The position numbers were made by a program, and so were the translations under genes. Shown here piece by piece: positions 12,296-25,552 of a stretch of 64,000 bases of DNA; positions within the stretch are counted from its first letter, which is position 1; each line of letters starts with the position of its first letter. The DNA comes from Octopus bimaculoides (lineage: Eukaryota). A model generated the notes under the pieces. The model did not search any database and was not told where the DNA came from. It saw only the letters and a program-made list of their open reading frames with translations. The stretch is from positions 26,865,076-26,929,075 of the forward strand of contig NC_068985.1 of assembly GCF_001194135.2 (NCBI RefSeq), written 5' to 3'.

Positions 12296-13365
12296 ATTTC
12301 TTGCAGATCCCTCATGACAGATAAAGATGCTAACGCAAGAAATGAAAAGACATGCAGGTGTAGGAGTGGACCTTCAAAAACGTGTTGCTTGAGGGCATTC
12401 GATAAAAATCATGTGTTCTGAAAAAAGGCCAATACATGACTACAATGACGCAGGAAATATATTATTATTATTATTATGATTGTTGTTGTTGTTGTTGCTG
12501 TTGTTGTTGTTGTTGTTGTTGTTATTTCTTGCATGTCCTTCATGACAGATAAGATGCTAACGCAAAAAATGAAAAGACATGCAGGTGAAGGAGTGGACCT
12601 TCAGAAACGTGTTGCTTGAGGACATTCGATAAAAATCATGTGTTATGAAGACTACAATGACGCAGGAGAACTGTTTGATCCGTGCTAAGCGGTTACTTAA
12701 CAAGGTTTAAAACCGCCATTTACATGGCATGCATTGGTTCTTCTCTAAGAAAAACCGTCACACATATGGCATATTTTGGTTCTTCTCTGATAAGAAAAAC
12801 CGTCACGAAGACATGTTTTGGTTCTTCTCTGATAAGAAAAACTTCGACCAAGACTAAAAGCCTCTCAAAAGAAATGATAGATGGCTATGTGCAGATACTT
12901 CACCAGAATGATGCATAGTAAGTTTCCAGCAACTGTGATGGTTTTAGGATTGATGAGTAATGAAAGCCATCTCATACCATCTCACATCTTACCACAGAAT
13001 TGTAAAGCTCTGGATGGATGAAGTATGCAGTGCAAGTCCATACGAGTTTCAACAAGACTTAGCACCTTTTCACAAGTTTCACGTAACCTAATAATGGATG
13101 TCAAACAACATTTACGACCATGTAAGATCAAAGTTGTAGGCCTCCAAACTTGCTAGATTAAAACCCCATGAGCTTCTCTGTTTGGATCGTTGTTGAAAGG
13201 CAAATTAATCGACATCATCAAAATACCATAGCTTCAGTGAAGGCCGCCATTGTCCAGGTGATCCAAAGTGAATTAAGATCATTTAGTGCAGGCATGCCAA
13301 TGATTCCCGCCCTGCACTGAAGCAGTCATCGAAGCTGATGACGAATTCATCGAATACTCTTATAA
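12296..13365 (+). mobile_element. Decayed maT/DD37D (Bmmar1-like) Tc1/mariner transposase with internal duplications
   Basis: Fragments read KSCVLKKGQYMTTMTQEN, ENCLIRAKRLLNK, WFFSDKK, RNDRWLC, KFPATVMVLG, FQQDLAPFH, PPNLLDLNP and EAVIEADDEFIE. No TIRs were identified. Confidence 0.8.
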
Positions 13366-14169
13366 GAAACTTATCGAGAACGTGTCACAAATTTTTATTC
13401 TGTGCAAGAGGTATTTCAACAGCAACTGTGAATTTCAGTCAGATGTACGAAGTTTCAATAGTAGTGGTTCACTTCAAGTTTAGATGAGATATTCATTCAC
13501 AACATCACGATTTTCTTCAGACAATATCGGAATTCATTTTGTGAATAGTCAGTACAGTATTCAAGAAAACCTAAGATTATTCAAACAAAAATTGAAGCAA
13601 AAACAAGAAACAAAGAAAAATCACTGAGATCTCACAGATCTTTGTCTATTGACAGAAGAAAGATTTGTAAGACAATTCAAAAGATTTCTTAAAAAAAAGA
13701 ACCATTATTGAAAGAATTACGAAAAATAACAAAACAACGAAGTACGATATTTTTGCATTAAAATTCAGTGACGTTACTGACCTATAACCCTAAAAAATTT
13801 ACACTCCGTATGTATATATGCATTTCAAATATGAATACTTGGTCAAGTTTAGAAGTACTTTCTTCCTTTGTTCAGATTCTTGCTTTTTAAGTTTAGCAAA
13901 GAAATCACTGAAAACGTTCAGAAAATTTCATACACAACACATATATACACACTTAGCAAATTCACAGTTACTTACGTGCCGACATATAGATATTCCCATG
14001 AGACATGTTGTTACCACCGTCTAAACATAAGTATTGTACATTTAAGGGGTAATGTATAAAGAAAGAAAAGAGTTGAAACTATAAGGTCATAAACTAGACG
14101 TACTATAAAGCAAACTAATGTTTAGCTGTGTGCTTACACCACAAATACACTGACACGCACATATGCGAA

Positions 14170-14200
14170 TGCATGCGTGTATATTTGTGTGTGTGTGTGT

Positions 14201-14231
<31 letters not shown>

Positions 14232-14432
14232 AGCGTGTGCTTGTGTGTCTGTGTGTTTATACATATATGTGTGTATATAAATACAAGGCCTCCCCTTTTT
14301 TGTCTTTTTTCTTTCCCTTTCTCTATCTCTCTCTATATATATATTTATATACAGACATGTATATACATATATATATTCATATATATATATACACATGTAT
14401 ATATATATATACATATATACGTATATATATAT

Positions 14433-14499
<67 letters not shown>

Positions 14500-14764
14500 C
14501 ATATATACACATGTATATATATATACATATATGCATATATATATACATACATGTATATACATATAAATATATACACATACATAAATATATAATATATATA
14601 TATATACATACCTATTTGTATATATATATATATACATGTATATATATACATATATACATATATATATATGTATACATACATGTATATATATACATACATA
14701 AATATAATACACACACACACACATATATATATATATAGACAGACAGGCAGACAGACAGACAGAC

Positions 14765-14818
<54 letters not shown>

Positions 14819-14960
14819 ACTTACTTGGAAAATGGATGAGTGGAGTTCAATCATATAATAATATAAATAATATATATATACACATATACATACATATATA
14901 TGCATATATACATACATATATGCACATACATATATATATATATGTATATACATATGCATA
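14170..14960. repeat. Compound microsatellite block (TG, TA/TACA, GATA/GACA)
   Basis: Read directly; it explains the many YIYI/CVCV ORFs. Confidence 0.95.
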
Positions 14961-14961
14961 T

Positions 14962-15320
14962 ATGGGTACAGGACGTCATAAAACGTAAACATGAAATACG
15001 AAATACGAACTTTTTTGCGAACAACGAAAGAAACAAATGGAAAACAAGACAGGTAACATAAAGACCCTTCATCAGTTGCCGGCTGTTTATCTGCTCCACA
15101 TTTCGAGCAATTACAACAAGACGTGTCTTCGAGAAAACAGTTGTTCCCGCACAGCAAAATTAAATTTGGGAATTGCGAAGGGTCAAAGTTGGTAACAAAA
15201 ACAGGACAGTGAAAACAAACAGTAAGGGTTGCTAAGCCATAACGAGGTGAGGTGGCGAACGCTGGACGAACAAGATTTGACAGGAGAAAAGATAGGATAG
15301 GAGACAGACAAGAATGCTTG
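14962..15320 (-). mobile_element. Probable PLE-type 3' tail, inverted relative to the adjacent GIY-YIG fragment
   Basis: Pyrimidine-rich on the minus strand, contains ctgatgaaggg and ends ...gacgtcctgtaccca next to a TA microsatellite. A related segment is at 56488-56640. Confidence 0.45.
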
Positions 15321-15329
15321 TGATCTGTG

Positions 15330-16565
15330 TGTATATATATACTGCATCTCCGGCTCTCTCTGCCCTTCTCTATACATCGGGCAAACGGGACGCCGCTTGA
15401 CTGACCGGTTCGCGGAACACCTCCGAGACATCCGACTCGGCAATGACACCCTGGCCTCACGCCATTTCCGCTCTACTGGTCACTCTTCGCAACACCTGTC
15501 TGTGTTCGTCTTGTCCTTGCACGGGGGCCATCTGTTTGCGCCGTGAACAGGGGTTAATCTTCTCTCTTCGCTCCTTTGCGCCACATGGGCTCAACTCTCC
15601 TCCATTCTTCATCCAATCTCTTCTCCTTGCCTCTCCCTCCCCTCACACCTACTTCCTCCCACCCACCTCTCCTCTCTTGCTCCGACGCCTACTTCTCCTA
15701 ATTCCTACTCTCCTTCTCTCTTCTCTTCACTCCTACCCACCTTCTCCTTCCCCNNNNNNNNNNNNNNNNNNNNNNNNNNNNNNNNNNNNNNNNNNNNNNN
15801 NNNNNNNNNNNNNNNNNNNNNNNNNNNNNNNNNNNNNNNNNNNNNNNNNNNNNNNNNNNNNNNNNNNNNNNNNNNNNNNNNNNNNNNNNNNNNNNNNNNN
15901 NNNNNNNNNNNNNNNNNNNNNNNNNNNNNNNNNNNNNNNNNNNNNNNNNNNNNNNNNNNNNNNNNNNNNNNNNNNNNNNNNNNNNNNNNNNNNNNNNNNN
16001 NNNNNNNNNNNNNNNNNNNNNNNNNNNNNNNNNNNNNNNNNNNNNNNNNNNNNNNNNNNNNNNNNNNNNNNNNNNNNNNNNNNNNNNNNNNNNNNNNNNN
16101 NNNNNNNNNNNNNNNNNNNNNNNNNNNNNNNNNNNNNNNNNNNNNNNNNNNNNNNNNNNNNNNNNNNNNNNNNNNNNNNNNNNNNNNNNNNNNNNNNNNN
16201 NNNNNNNNNNNNNNNNNNNNNNNNNNNNNNNNNNNNNNNNNNNNNNNNNNNNNNNNNNNNNNNNNNNNNNNNNNNNNNNNNNNNNNNNNNNNNNNNNNNN
16301 NNNNTTTGGGATCACCACAACTTTATTATCTCCCCTTCTTCCTAGCTCTACTGTGTGACCCTTCTGTCCGGCATTCACCATAATAGATCGCTAGCCACTA
16401 CACATTCTTTATTTTCTCTTCTTGTTTCTTTCTGTGTCCCTTTCTGTGGAAGAGCGTAGGCTCGAAACGTTAAAGACTTTTTTACTTCCCGAGCGTTAAA
16501 TTAATACTTCTGTTTGTTGTCTACACCATCTGTCTTCGTCTTTTTGTTTTTTGTGAATTCTCCCT
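15330..16565 (+). mobile_element. Penelope-like element 3' end: GIY-YIG endonuclease remnant and 3' UTR (gap inside)
   Basis: IYCISGSLCPSLYIGQTGRRLTDRFAEHLRDIR..RHFRSTGHS, then a frameshift to REQGLIFSLRSFAPHGLN. The pyrimidine-rich UTR ends with ggaagagcgtaggctcgaaacgtt (degenerate hammerhead core). The UTR is repeated at 56040-56210. Confidence 0.88.
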
Positions 16566-17199
16566 CCCCCTCTCTCTCTCTCTCTCTTTCTCTTTAGTCC
16601 AAAATCAACGAGCAAGTAGCTGTGGAATAAGCTATGAAAGCAACAAGTAATTAAAAGTTAATTTTAAATTCAGTGAAGATAATTTTATAAGCTGCTATAT
16701 TACTTTCATCATCGTTTGCTGCCGGCTACAAAAGTCCGGCAATAAGACGCTAATATTATCACTTCACTCTGAAATGGAGTTAAGAACGTTATTTTCTTAA
16801 AATAAATATAAAAGAAAATGAAAAATCGTTAATATACACAATCTGATTCAAACCTATTCTTGTCTCCAATATAACATTCTATAAGAGCTGTTATATATGT
16901 ATGTAAGTATGTATGTATGTATGTATGTATGTATTACCCGTTTCTTTCGAATCGTTTAAATTCTCCGTTAAACGAAGATGCCTCTGCGAACATGGTAGGT
17001 AACATTTTTACCCTTCGTTAGACGCCATTTCTCAAGCTCTCGAAAAACCACAAATTTTTTTAACATGTACAGTGTAAAAGTTAGTTATTCCTGTCTAGAT
17101 TACACCGCTTTCAGTATTACATAATACAACAGAAAAGAACCATGCACCTATACAGCCCAGTCGATATGAAGCCCCTAATCAACTGGGAAAAATTCTGCT

Positions 17200-17625
17200 T
17201 TTCTGTGGCTATGGTTTGAGATGACTCTCACTCCACATGACTAACCTTGGAAATTCCGCTCGAGGGTCAAATGAAACATCTTCGAAGCGTTGAATGCTCT
17301 CGACCTTAAACTACAAGGGGAAAATATCAACACTCTCACACATCACGACCCCATTCGAACCTTCATGGCCAAACTCGACCTTTGGAAATGTCGAATTCAG
17401 TAGGGAAATACAGCCAGTTTTAGTTACTTGGATTCTGCTCTCATTCACGGTAACCTTGATTCTGAGTTAAAGAAACAAATAATCACTTATTTAACTGACT
17501 TGAAAACAGAATTCATCAGATATTTCCCAAATGTAGATGAAAAGCGTGCAGCTTGGAAATTCATCAGGAACACATTTCAGTGTGAAGTGACTGATGTTTT
17601 GGATGAAGTGCAAGAGGATATCGCT
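17200..17625 (+). mobile_element. hAT (Charlie/FAM200/SCAND3-like) transposase fragment, pseudogenized
   Basis: IFEALNALDLKLQGENINTL..FMAKLDLWK..ITYLTDLKTEFIRYFP..WKFIRNTF matches the hAT LNxLNxxLQG / FxxKLxLW / RNPF pattern. Confidence 0.8.
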
Positions 17626-17932
17626 TCTATATATTTTATGCGTATGAGATACTGCAGACACGTAAATGTCATGTACTTCCAGATGTGAATAGGTGAATTA
17701 TATCATATGTACTGTTTCTGACGTTAAAATAGAAGAATGCATGGCGTATTCTGTGACCTTTATCGACAACCAATACTGCTTTGATGTGTAATTCGATGAA
17801 TTTGCGAATATTTATGCTTTTATAATATCACACAGCTTCCCTTCTTCAATCGTTCGTGTAATCGGCGCCGTGAAGCTCAGAATAACGTTTCCAGAAATTT
17901 CAACTTTAACTTCTTATAATATGTACAAACAT

Positions 17933-17974
<42 letters not shown>

Positions 17975-18731
17975 CTCAAATATAGCTACTTGTTTCTTTG
18001 TAGAAGTATAAATATTTCGAGTAATATACGCACGCGTACGAACTTTTTTATTCTCATCATCTTCATCCCTGCAGATAAACTTTGCAGGAAAGACTCTTTA
18101 TTTTATACACACCCAAACATACACACACACGTACATGTACGTACATGCATGTATATAAACATATGTATGCGTGCGTGTTTCTTAATATGTGTATATATGT
18201 ATGTATGTGTTTACTGTAAGTAAGCATTTATGTATGTATGTATGACACAAATATAAGTTTTCTTTCAGCGAGTGTCCCCATTATTGCCTTGAAACGTCAG
18301 GCATTATCATTAAATCTGTAAATAAGTATATAATAAGCATGTACCTTCGCACGCACACGCACACACACGCACACACACATACACATGCATATGAGTGTGT
18401 CTGTTGTATTTTAAATATGTGCGTACTCGTGTTGTGTGTGTGCGCTCGCTCGCTCAGGCAGCCATTTCTTTCTGCGTATCATACGATACGTTTGATTCAC
18501 GATGTCGGGCTGTGAATTGTTCTTGAAAGTATACACAGTATTTTGAGTTTCGTGTTGTGGGACCTTATTTCACGAATCTTATCTAAGAAAACACAAAACT
18601 CTTAAATAATCCTCTCTACTCACTAAGCCCCCGACCGCATTATGAAAAGAAATTCTCCGCACCTTTCTCCTCCTTTTACAATCATCTGGTTTCAACAAGC
18701 GAAAACTTTATCTACATCTGCTTATGATCAG

Positions 18732-18811
<80 letters not shown>

Positions 18812-19073
18812 TTATCAATCTATCTCTCCCTTTCTATATATATATATGTGTGTATGTGTGTGTGTATACATATACAGATACAAAATATACAGTTATACAT
18901 ACATAAGTATAAACATCTACATATACTCACATACACACACATTTGTAAAGCAAGATTTTGTTCCAGTTGGTAGTTGTACATAGATTGAAGCTGACGCTCA
19001 CTATATGATCTTTTAAAATCATAAATTTCATACTACTTGACCAAGCTTTTATGTGTAGTTATGAAATTCCCAT

Positions 19074-19145
<72 letters not shown>

Positions 19146-19344
19146 NNNNNNNNNNNNNNNNNNNNNNNNNNNNNNNNNNNNNNNNNNNNNNNNNNNNNNN
19201 NNNNNNNNNNNNNNNNNNNNNNNNNNNNNNNNNNNNNNNNNNNNNNNNNNNNNNNNNNNNNNNNNNNNNNNNNNNNNNNNNNNNNNNNNNNNNNNNNNNN
19301 NNNNNNNNNNNNNNNNNNNNNNNNNNNNNNNNNNNNNNNNNNNN

Positions 19345-19401
<57 letters not shown>

Positions 19402-21553
19402 ATGATAGTTTGAAAAAGTAGCTTAATTGGTGTTGTCATTGCTGTCTAATTAAGAAGTGCCTTTAACAATTAAATGTTCATTTCGGATTCAGTCGCAATG
19501 TGAGATACGTTAAATAAGTGCCGTGAACTATAACCTTGGGTTGACTAAAGCCTTGTGAAAAGCACTTAGGAGACGGAAAATGTGAGAAAGCCCGTCGAAT
19601 GCAATGTTCCTCTTCTGGGAAGTAGACTTAACCCGTCGCTTAGTTTAACATCCCCACATAGGTGCTGTTAGAAGAGTATTAAGAATTTTGTTGTAAACAT
19701 TAGGGTTGGATCCTCGGTCTGAAAGTAACTTTGCCCCTTCTCCCTTCAGTGGGGAAGACCCTGAAAAATGTCATGGAAGCTGCCCACTCCCACATAATTA
19801 AGAAGCATCTGAGTTTTATCAACTTGTAATTTCAAAATTTTTTTTTTCGCTTGCAATTTTCAATTCCATATAATTGAGATGCCATCACAAATTGAAATTT
19901 AAAATAATTTTTCTGTTTTTTTTTTTAAAGAAAAGGAAAACTTTTACATTGAAATTGAAAGTCGAACTTGAGTAGGTATATAGATTAATTAAATATTTCA
20001 TTAGATATTAATTCTCAATTGAAATTCAATTTGAAACTTATCTTACACCCAACTCTCTGATTTTCGTTTGAGTGTACTTCAGTTTTATGGATTTCAAATT
20101 AAAAATAAATTTGATAAGTAATAAGTGAAACGACATCAATCGAATTATTGTCCAAAATTCTGGGTAACTCATTCTAACGATTCACCCAAACAGCTGCTGA
20201 TTTCCGTTTCTCTTTCATCTGCTTCTGTTGAAGTACATCTCTGCAGAACAAATTTACGAAACTCGACCGGTAAAACTGATGTTTTATCAACTCCTTTCTT
20301 GTGACACCGCCAAATATAAACGCTAACTAATTAGTATTTTAATTGCCAAACCACTCAACCACACTAATATAGTTTCGTTCCTAAAACCAAAGTAGCTTCA
20401 ACTCGATTGCATCCCGCAGGGCACGTCCAGATTGTCTTTTAGCCTTTCCAACCATAACATTTAATGCAATTATTCGCTGTAGGCCTTTGCTTTGATCTTT
20501 AAAGCTACTAACACATGTTCTCTTTCATAGCAAGCATTTATTTAAACGATTCAAAACAACTTCCTATTATGTGGAGTAACGTTTTTATTGTCCTTTGTCT
20601 ACCAAGCTCATTACTGTCAATTATTTAGGCATATTTGTTACTCTCCTGTTTTGATACAGTAGCTGATATCGTTGAAGATTTTAGTAGTAGAAAAGCGTAT
20701 TAACACAGCTGAAATGATAGTAAACTAAAGAATGGGTTTAAGTCCAAGGTTATCACAAATAGAAAACTAGAAACGCTTGTACTTTAAAAACCATTAAAAC
20801 GCAATTAATTATTCGTGTCGTCAAAACTGAATTTCATATCTTTGAATAAAATAAGAAATGATTAGCCATTCAAATTCTCAGTAGACTATGAAAACTTACT
20901 TATAAGCTCAAAGTTAACTTTTTCTTCTCAGTTAGTTCTTTATATATGTAGTTTTATTAACTACTCACCTCACGGAGATCCCTTTTTTTTATAATCATTG
21001 GTTAACAATGACGCTATATAATCTGCTACTGTTCATCCAAAGCAACTTTGGATAAATAGTTTCTGTCTCTCTGAACTTACTGATCATATACCATCACTAT
21101 CATCACCACCACCACCACCACCACCACTACCACTACTACCACCACCACCACCACNNNNNNNNNNNNNNNNNNNNNNNNNNNNNNNNNNNNNNNNNNNNNN
21201 NNNNNNNNNNNNNNNNNNNNNNNNNNNNNNNNNNNNNNNNNNNNNNNNNNNNNNNNNNNNNNNNNNNNNNNNNNNNNNNNNNNNNNNNNNNNNNNNNNNN
21301 NNNNNNNNNNNNNNNNNNNNNNNNNNNNNNNNNNNNNNNNNNNNNNNNNNNNNNNNNNNNNNNNNNNNNNNNNNNNNNNNNNNNNNNNNNNNNNNNNNNN
21401 NNNNNNNNNNNNNNNNNNNNNNNNNNNNNNNNNNNNNNNNNNNNNNNNNNNNNNNNNNNNNNNNNNNNNNNNNNNNNNNNNNNNNNNNNNNNNNNNNNNN
21501 NNNNNNNNNNNNNNNNNNNNNNNNNNNNNNNNNNNNNNNNNNNNNNNNNNNNN

Positions 21554-21608
<55 letters not shown>

Positions 21609-22348
21609 GTTCTTTCTTTTTTTCTCTCTCTGTACATTTTTCATTTATTCATCAATTTAGCAATAGACTTGAAGAAAATAAAAAAGGTAATTAATATTCT
21701 CAGCCATAATAATGGGAAAAGAGTAGTTTATTTGAATTTAACTGACCGAGCGAGTGTACTCATAACTATTGGTTGAACAATAAGTAATACTCGATCGGCT
21801 AGAAATAGTTTACAAACAGCCCTCAAATCAAATCCTAACTGTCTTTAAAAATAGGGGAACACACAGAATAATATATTTGTAGATGCAGCATGTCTGAAAA
21901 GGTAGAATAGTCACAGGTGGGCCACACTTAATCATAAATCTGACTGAGCCGGTCTAAGCTCGATTTAAGCACTAAGAACAACCATTGCTAGGTTACAAGA
22001 TTATTTGTTAAAATCAACAAAAATAGGTCACTGTTGTAGCTCAACCTACGATGTACAGAACCCGTCCATAATGGCGCTTCAGCTGAAGATTCAACATGAA
22101 AGAAGTATTTTCACTTCGAAAAGTCGCCTGTTTATTTTACTATCTATTCCCACCTGCAGAATGAACCGAGTCCAATGTCACAAGTACATGGATTTCCCAT
22201 AAGTTACTTAAACAGCTTTATTCATCAGAGTAGTTCCACACTTCAGTCTAAAAATATTATATCCATCAATAATTTTTTCTAAAATTCAGTGGGGTTTTTT
22301 TTCTTTCTATTGTCGAGGGTTGTAATTTTGAGGGATTAATTTATCTGC

Positions 22349-22386
<38 letters not shown>

Positions 22387-22706
22387 NNNNNNNNNNNNNN
22401 NNNNNNNNNNNNNNNNNNNNNNNNNNNNNNNNNNNNNNNNNNNNNNNNNNNNNNNNNNNNNNNNNNNNNNNNNNNNNNNNNNNNNNNNNNNNNNNNNNNN
22501 NNNNNNNNNNNNNNNNNNNNNNNNNNNNNNNNNNNNNNNNNNNNNNNNNNNNNNNNNNNNNNNNNNNNNNNNNNNNNNNNNNNNNNNNNNNNNNNNNNNN
22601 NNNNNNNNNNNNNNNNNNNNNNNNNNNNNNATATATATATATATATATATAAAACAAATTAAAAAGGGTGGCTTATTAGCAATTAGAACCTAAAGGCAAA
22701 ATTATT

Positions 22707-23293
22707 AGGTCACAAAAGTGATAGAGGGTACTGACTAACACCGCTTTTGCTAAAGATAAGAGTTAAACTAACTCAAAGCCACAAACGCATCTTAAGGGAC
22801 TGATAAAGAGTGGCAAGTCCCCAGCGTACATAGCCGGATCGCGATTTCCGATTTTGATGTAGACCATCTTAATCCTCATCAGCGGCTCTTAATGCCTAGG
22901 GTTAAACTCAACTACCTCTCTCAGTCTTATAAGTGCTTGTCAGTACTCTCTGTCAATTCTGTGACCTCAATTAATTTTTTACCTTTGTTCTAATTGCTAA
23001 TAAGCTATCATTTTTAATTTGTTGTTTACCCCTTTACCGTTTTGGAAATTAGCATACGTTTATATGAATGTGAGAGATAGTTGAGTTTAACCCTTGGCGT
23101 TAAGAGCCGTTGATGAGAAGTAAGATGGTCTACGTCAAAATCCGAAATCGCAATCCGGCTATGTACGCTGGGGACTTATCTCCCTTTGTCGGTCACTTAA
23201 AACAGTGTGTATGTGGCTTTGAGCTCGTTTAATTTAACTTTTATTTTTAGCAAAAGCGGTGCTAGTCAGTACCCTCTATCACTTTTGTGACCT
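22707..23293. mobile_element. Non-autonomous foldback/MITE element with about 215-bp imperfect TIRs
   Basis: aggtcacaaaagtgatagagggtactgact...gggttaaactcaacta is mirrored by tagttgagtttaaccc...agtcagtaccctctatcacttttgtgacct. No coding capacity. Confidence 0.85.
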
Positions 23294-23307
23294 CTCTCTC
23301 TCTCTCT

Positions 23308-23347
<40 letters not shown>

Positions 23348-23521
23348 GGAGACAGATAGAGAGATAGAGAGAAAGATAATGATGCAAATAAAGAAAACTG
23401 CTTGGGTTAGATATACAAAACACACACACACACACACACACATACATATGTGTAAATAGAGAGAAAGCGAAGACTGAAAATTTTCACACGATGAATATTC
23501 AAGTATAAATACATAAATATA

Positions 23522-25431
23522 CACTTGTGGCCAAAATTAAAGAACAAAAATAGAAATTATAGATATTTACATTTCTACTTCATTTTACCGAATGGAATTT
23601 TTATTGTATATACTTTAAAGTGTGTTCATTATTTACGATAAATTTTGTAGGAAGTGATTGATAATTAAATGATTTATAATAGAGAAAATGTTTTTTTGAA
23701 AACTACAAGGTGGACAAAATTAAAGAATGTATAGTATAAAATTCAATAAGTAAAAGCTGGTAACCCTCCGACCGATGTTAACTAAGTTGACCTAACAGTG
23801 TGAATATCTATATTGAACATGGAAGTACCTGGGATGGTGTCTAGGCGCGCGGTTTGCCCATTGGGAGCGAGCGGTCACATTAAAAAAAGAAGGAATGACA
23901 ATTTATGCTGTCGCCAGATCAAAGAGTGTTGTTTCAAGAATACTCAAGCTTTATGGAGAAACAAGCTTGTTTGTGTCATTAGAAAAACGAGGGAGACTAC
24001 GAAAAACAAGTGTTTGGCAAGACCGTGTGATTCAGGGGCTGTCGTTAAGAGATCATTTCAGTGCTGCTGTAGGAATTTCTCACCAAGTAAATAGTGATTA
24101 TGAAATGAATGTGTCTCGGAAGACTGTGGCTTGTCGCTTGAAGGAAGTTGGACTTCATGCCTATTCCCCTCCATTAAACCTCTCATCAGTATGAAGAATC
24201 GAAAAATGAGGTTAGTCATTGCCGATGAGCAGGCACTTTGAACAGACGACAGCTGGTCGCATGTGTTCTTCAGTGACGAAAGCAAGTTCAATTTGGTTGG
24301 CTCCGATGCTAGACAATACGTGAGATGCCATAAAAGTGAAAGATTGCTCGCTAAATGCTTGAAGAAATCAGTGAAATTTGGTGGTGGATGTTTAACGGTG
24401 TGGGAAATGATTTCTGCAACAGGTTTTGGGCCTTTGATCCGCATCCATGGTAGTGTCAATGAAGTCATATACACAAGCATCGTTCTGCAGCATGTGCTAG
24501 TTATGAGGTCATCTCCAACTCGTCAGCCAATCTTTACGCAAGATAATGCGTCATGTCACAGTGCTAAAATAGTTGAGGAGTTTGAAGCTGAAAACATTAC
24601 TGCGATGCGTTGGCCAGCTCAGAGCTCTGACCTTAATTCCCTTGAAGACTTATGACAGATACTTGGTGATAAGATCGGAGATCACTGACCTGCGAATGTT
24701 ACGATTTTGTGAGAAAAACTTCAGGAAGAATGGAATAAAATTACGTCAGAACAATGTGAGAAATTGGTCAAATCCTGTGGACGGAGATGTGCTGAAATCA
24801 TTAAAAACAAGAACACTCAGAGAGCACAAACCTCCGCCAAGGCAACACCAACGTTCTCTCAACGATTAGCCATGATTTTTAAAATGAGAATATCTGACAT
24901 AAACTTGACTACTCTCACAAACGAGAATACTAAAATGAACCCGACCACTCTCAAAAACTAAATAAAAAACAGAAAAAAAAAAATCCAAAATCCTTGTCCG
25001 ATACCGGATCGATCCCAAAATCTAATCAGTTCATGCCAGTCACGAGGCCAAACATCCCTGAAAGTTTCATCTGAATCCATCCAGCGGTTCTTGAGATATC
25101 TTGTCCACAGACAAACAAGCAAACAAACACGACTGAAAACAATTATCTCTGCTTTCGCTAAGGTGGAGGTAATAAAGGAATGACTGTAAAAATTTCAGGC
25201 AAAATTTTGATTTCTTGAATTCATACATTCTTTAACTTTGTCCATCTTATATTTTTCAAATAAACGTCTTTTTCTATTATAAATTATTTAGTTAATCACT
25301 TCCTACAAAATTTATTGTAAAGAATGAACATGTTTTAAAATATATACAGTAAAAATTCTATTCGGGAAAATGAAGTAGAAATGTAAATATCTTTAAATTT
25401 TATTTCCTTTCTCTAATTTTGGCCACTACTG
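23522..25431 (+). mobile_element. Tc1-family (DD34E) transposon with about 210-bp IR/DR-type TIRs, decayed transposase and a nested insertion
   Basis: TA on both sides; ends cacttgtggccaaaatt / aattttggccactactg. Motifs are FSDESKFNL, VKFGGGCLTVW, FTQDNASCH, WPAQSSDLNSLED and RCAEIIKN(KG). Multiple frameshifts and stops. Confidence 0.93.
24807..25172 (-). mobile_element. Non-autonomous Helentron-like (HINE/DINE-1-type) element inserted in the Tc1 transposase C-terminus
   Basis: Subterminal inverted repeat acctccgcc / ggtggaggt, a short 3' hairpin (gctc tct gagt on the minus strand), and an internal caaa microsatellite. It sits in an A/T run, and removing it restores in-frame EIIKNKG. Confidence 0.65.
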
Positions 25432-25505
25432 TATATCTTTACGCCGCGGACTTAGTCCTTGGTAAAGTGTTTTCTATATTGAGCATCTCAGGATCTCATT
25501 TGTTG

Positions 25506-25552
<47 letters not shown>

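Noticed and set aside
14115-14738. [12 protein letters not shown] repeat ORFs here and throughout the window
   Set aside because: They are translations of dinucleotide microsatellites.
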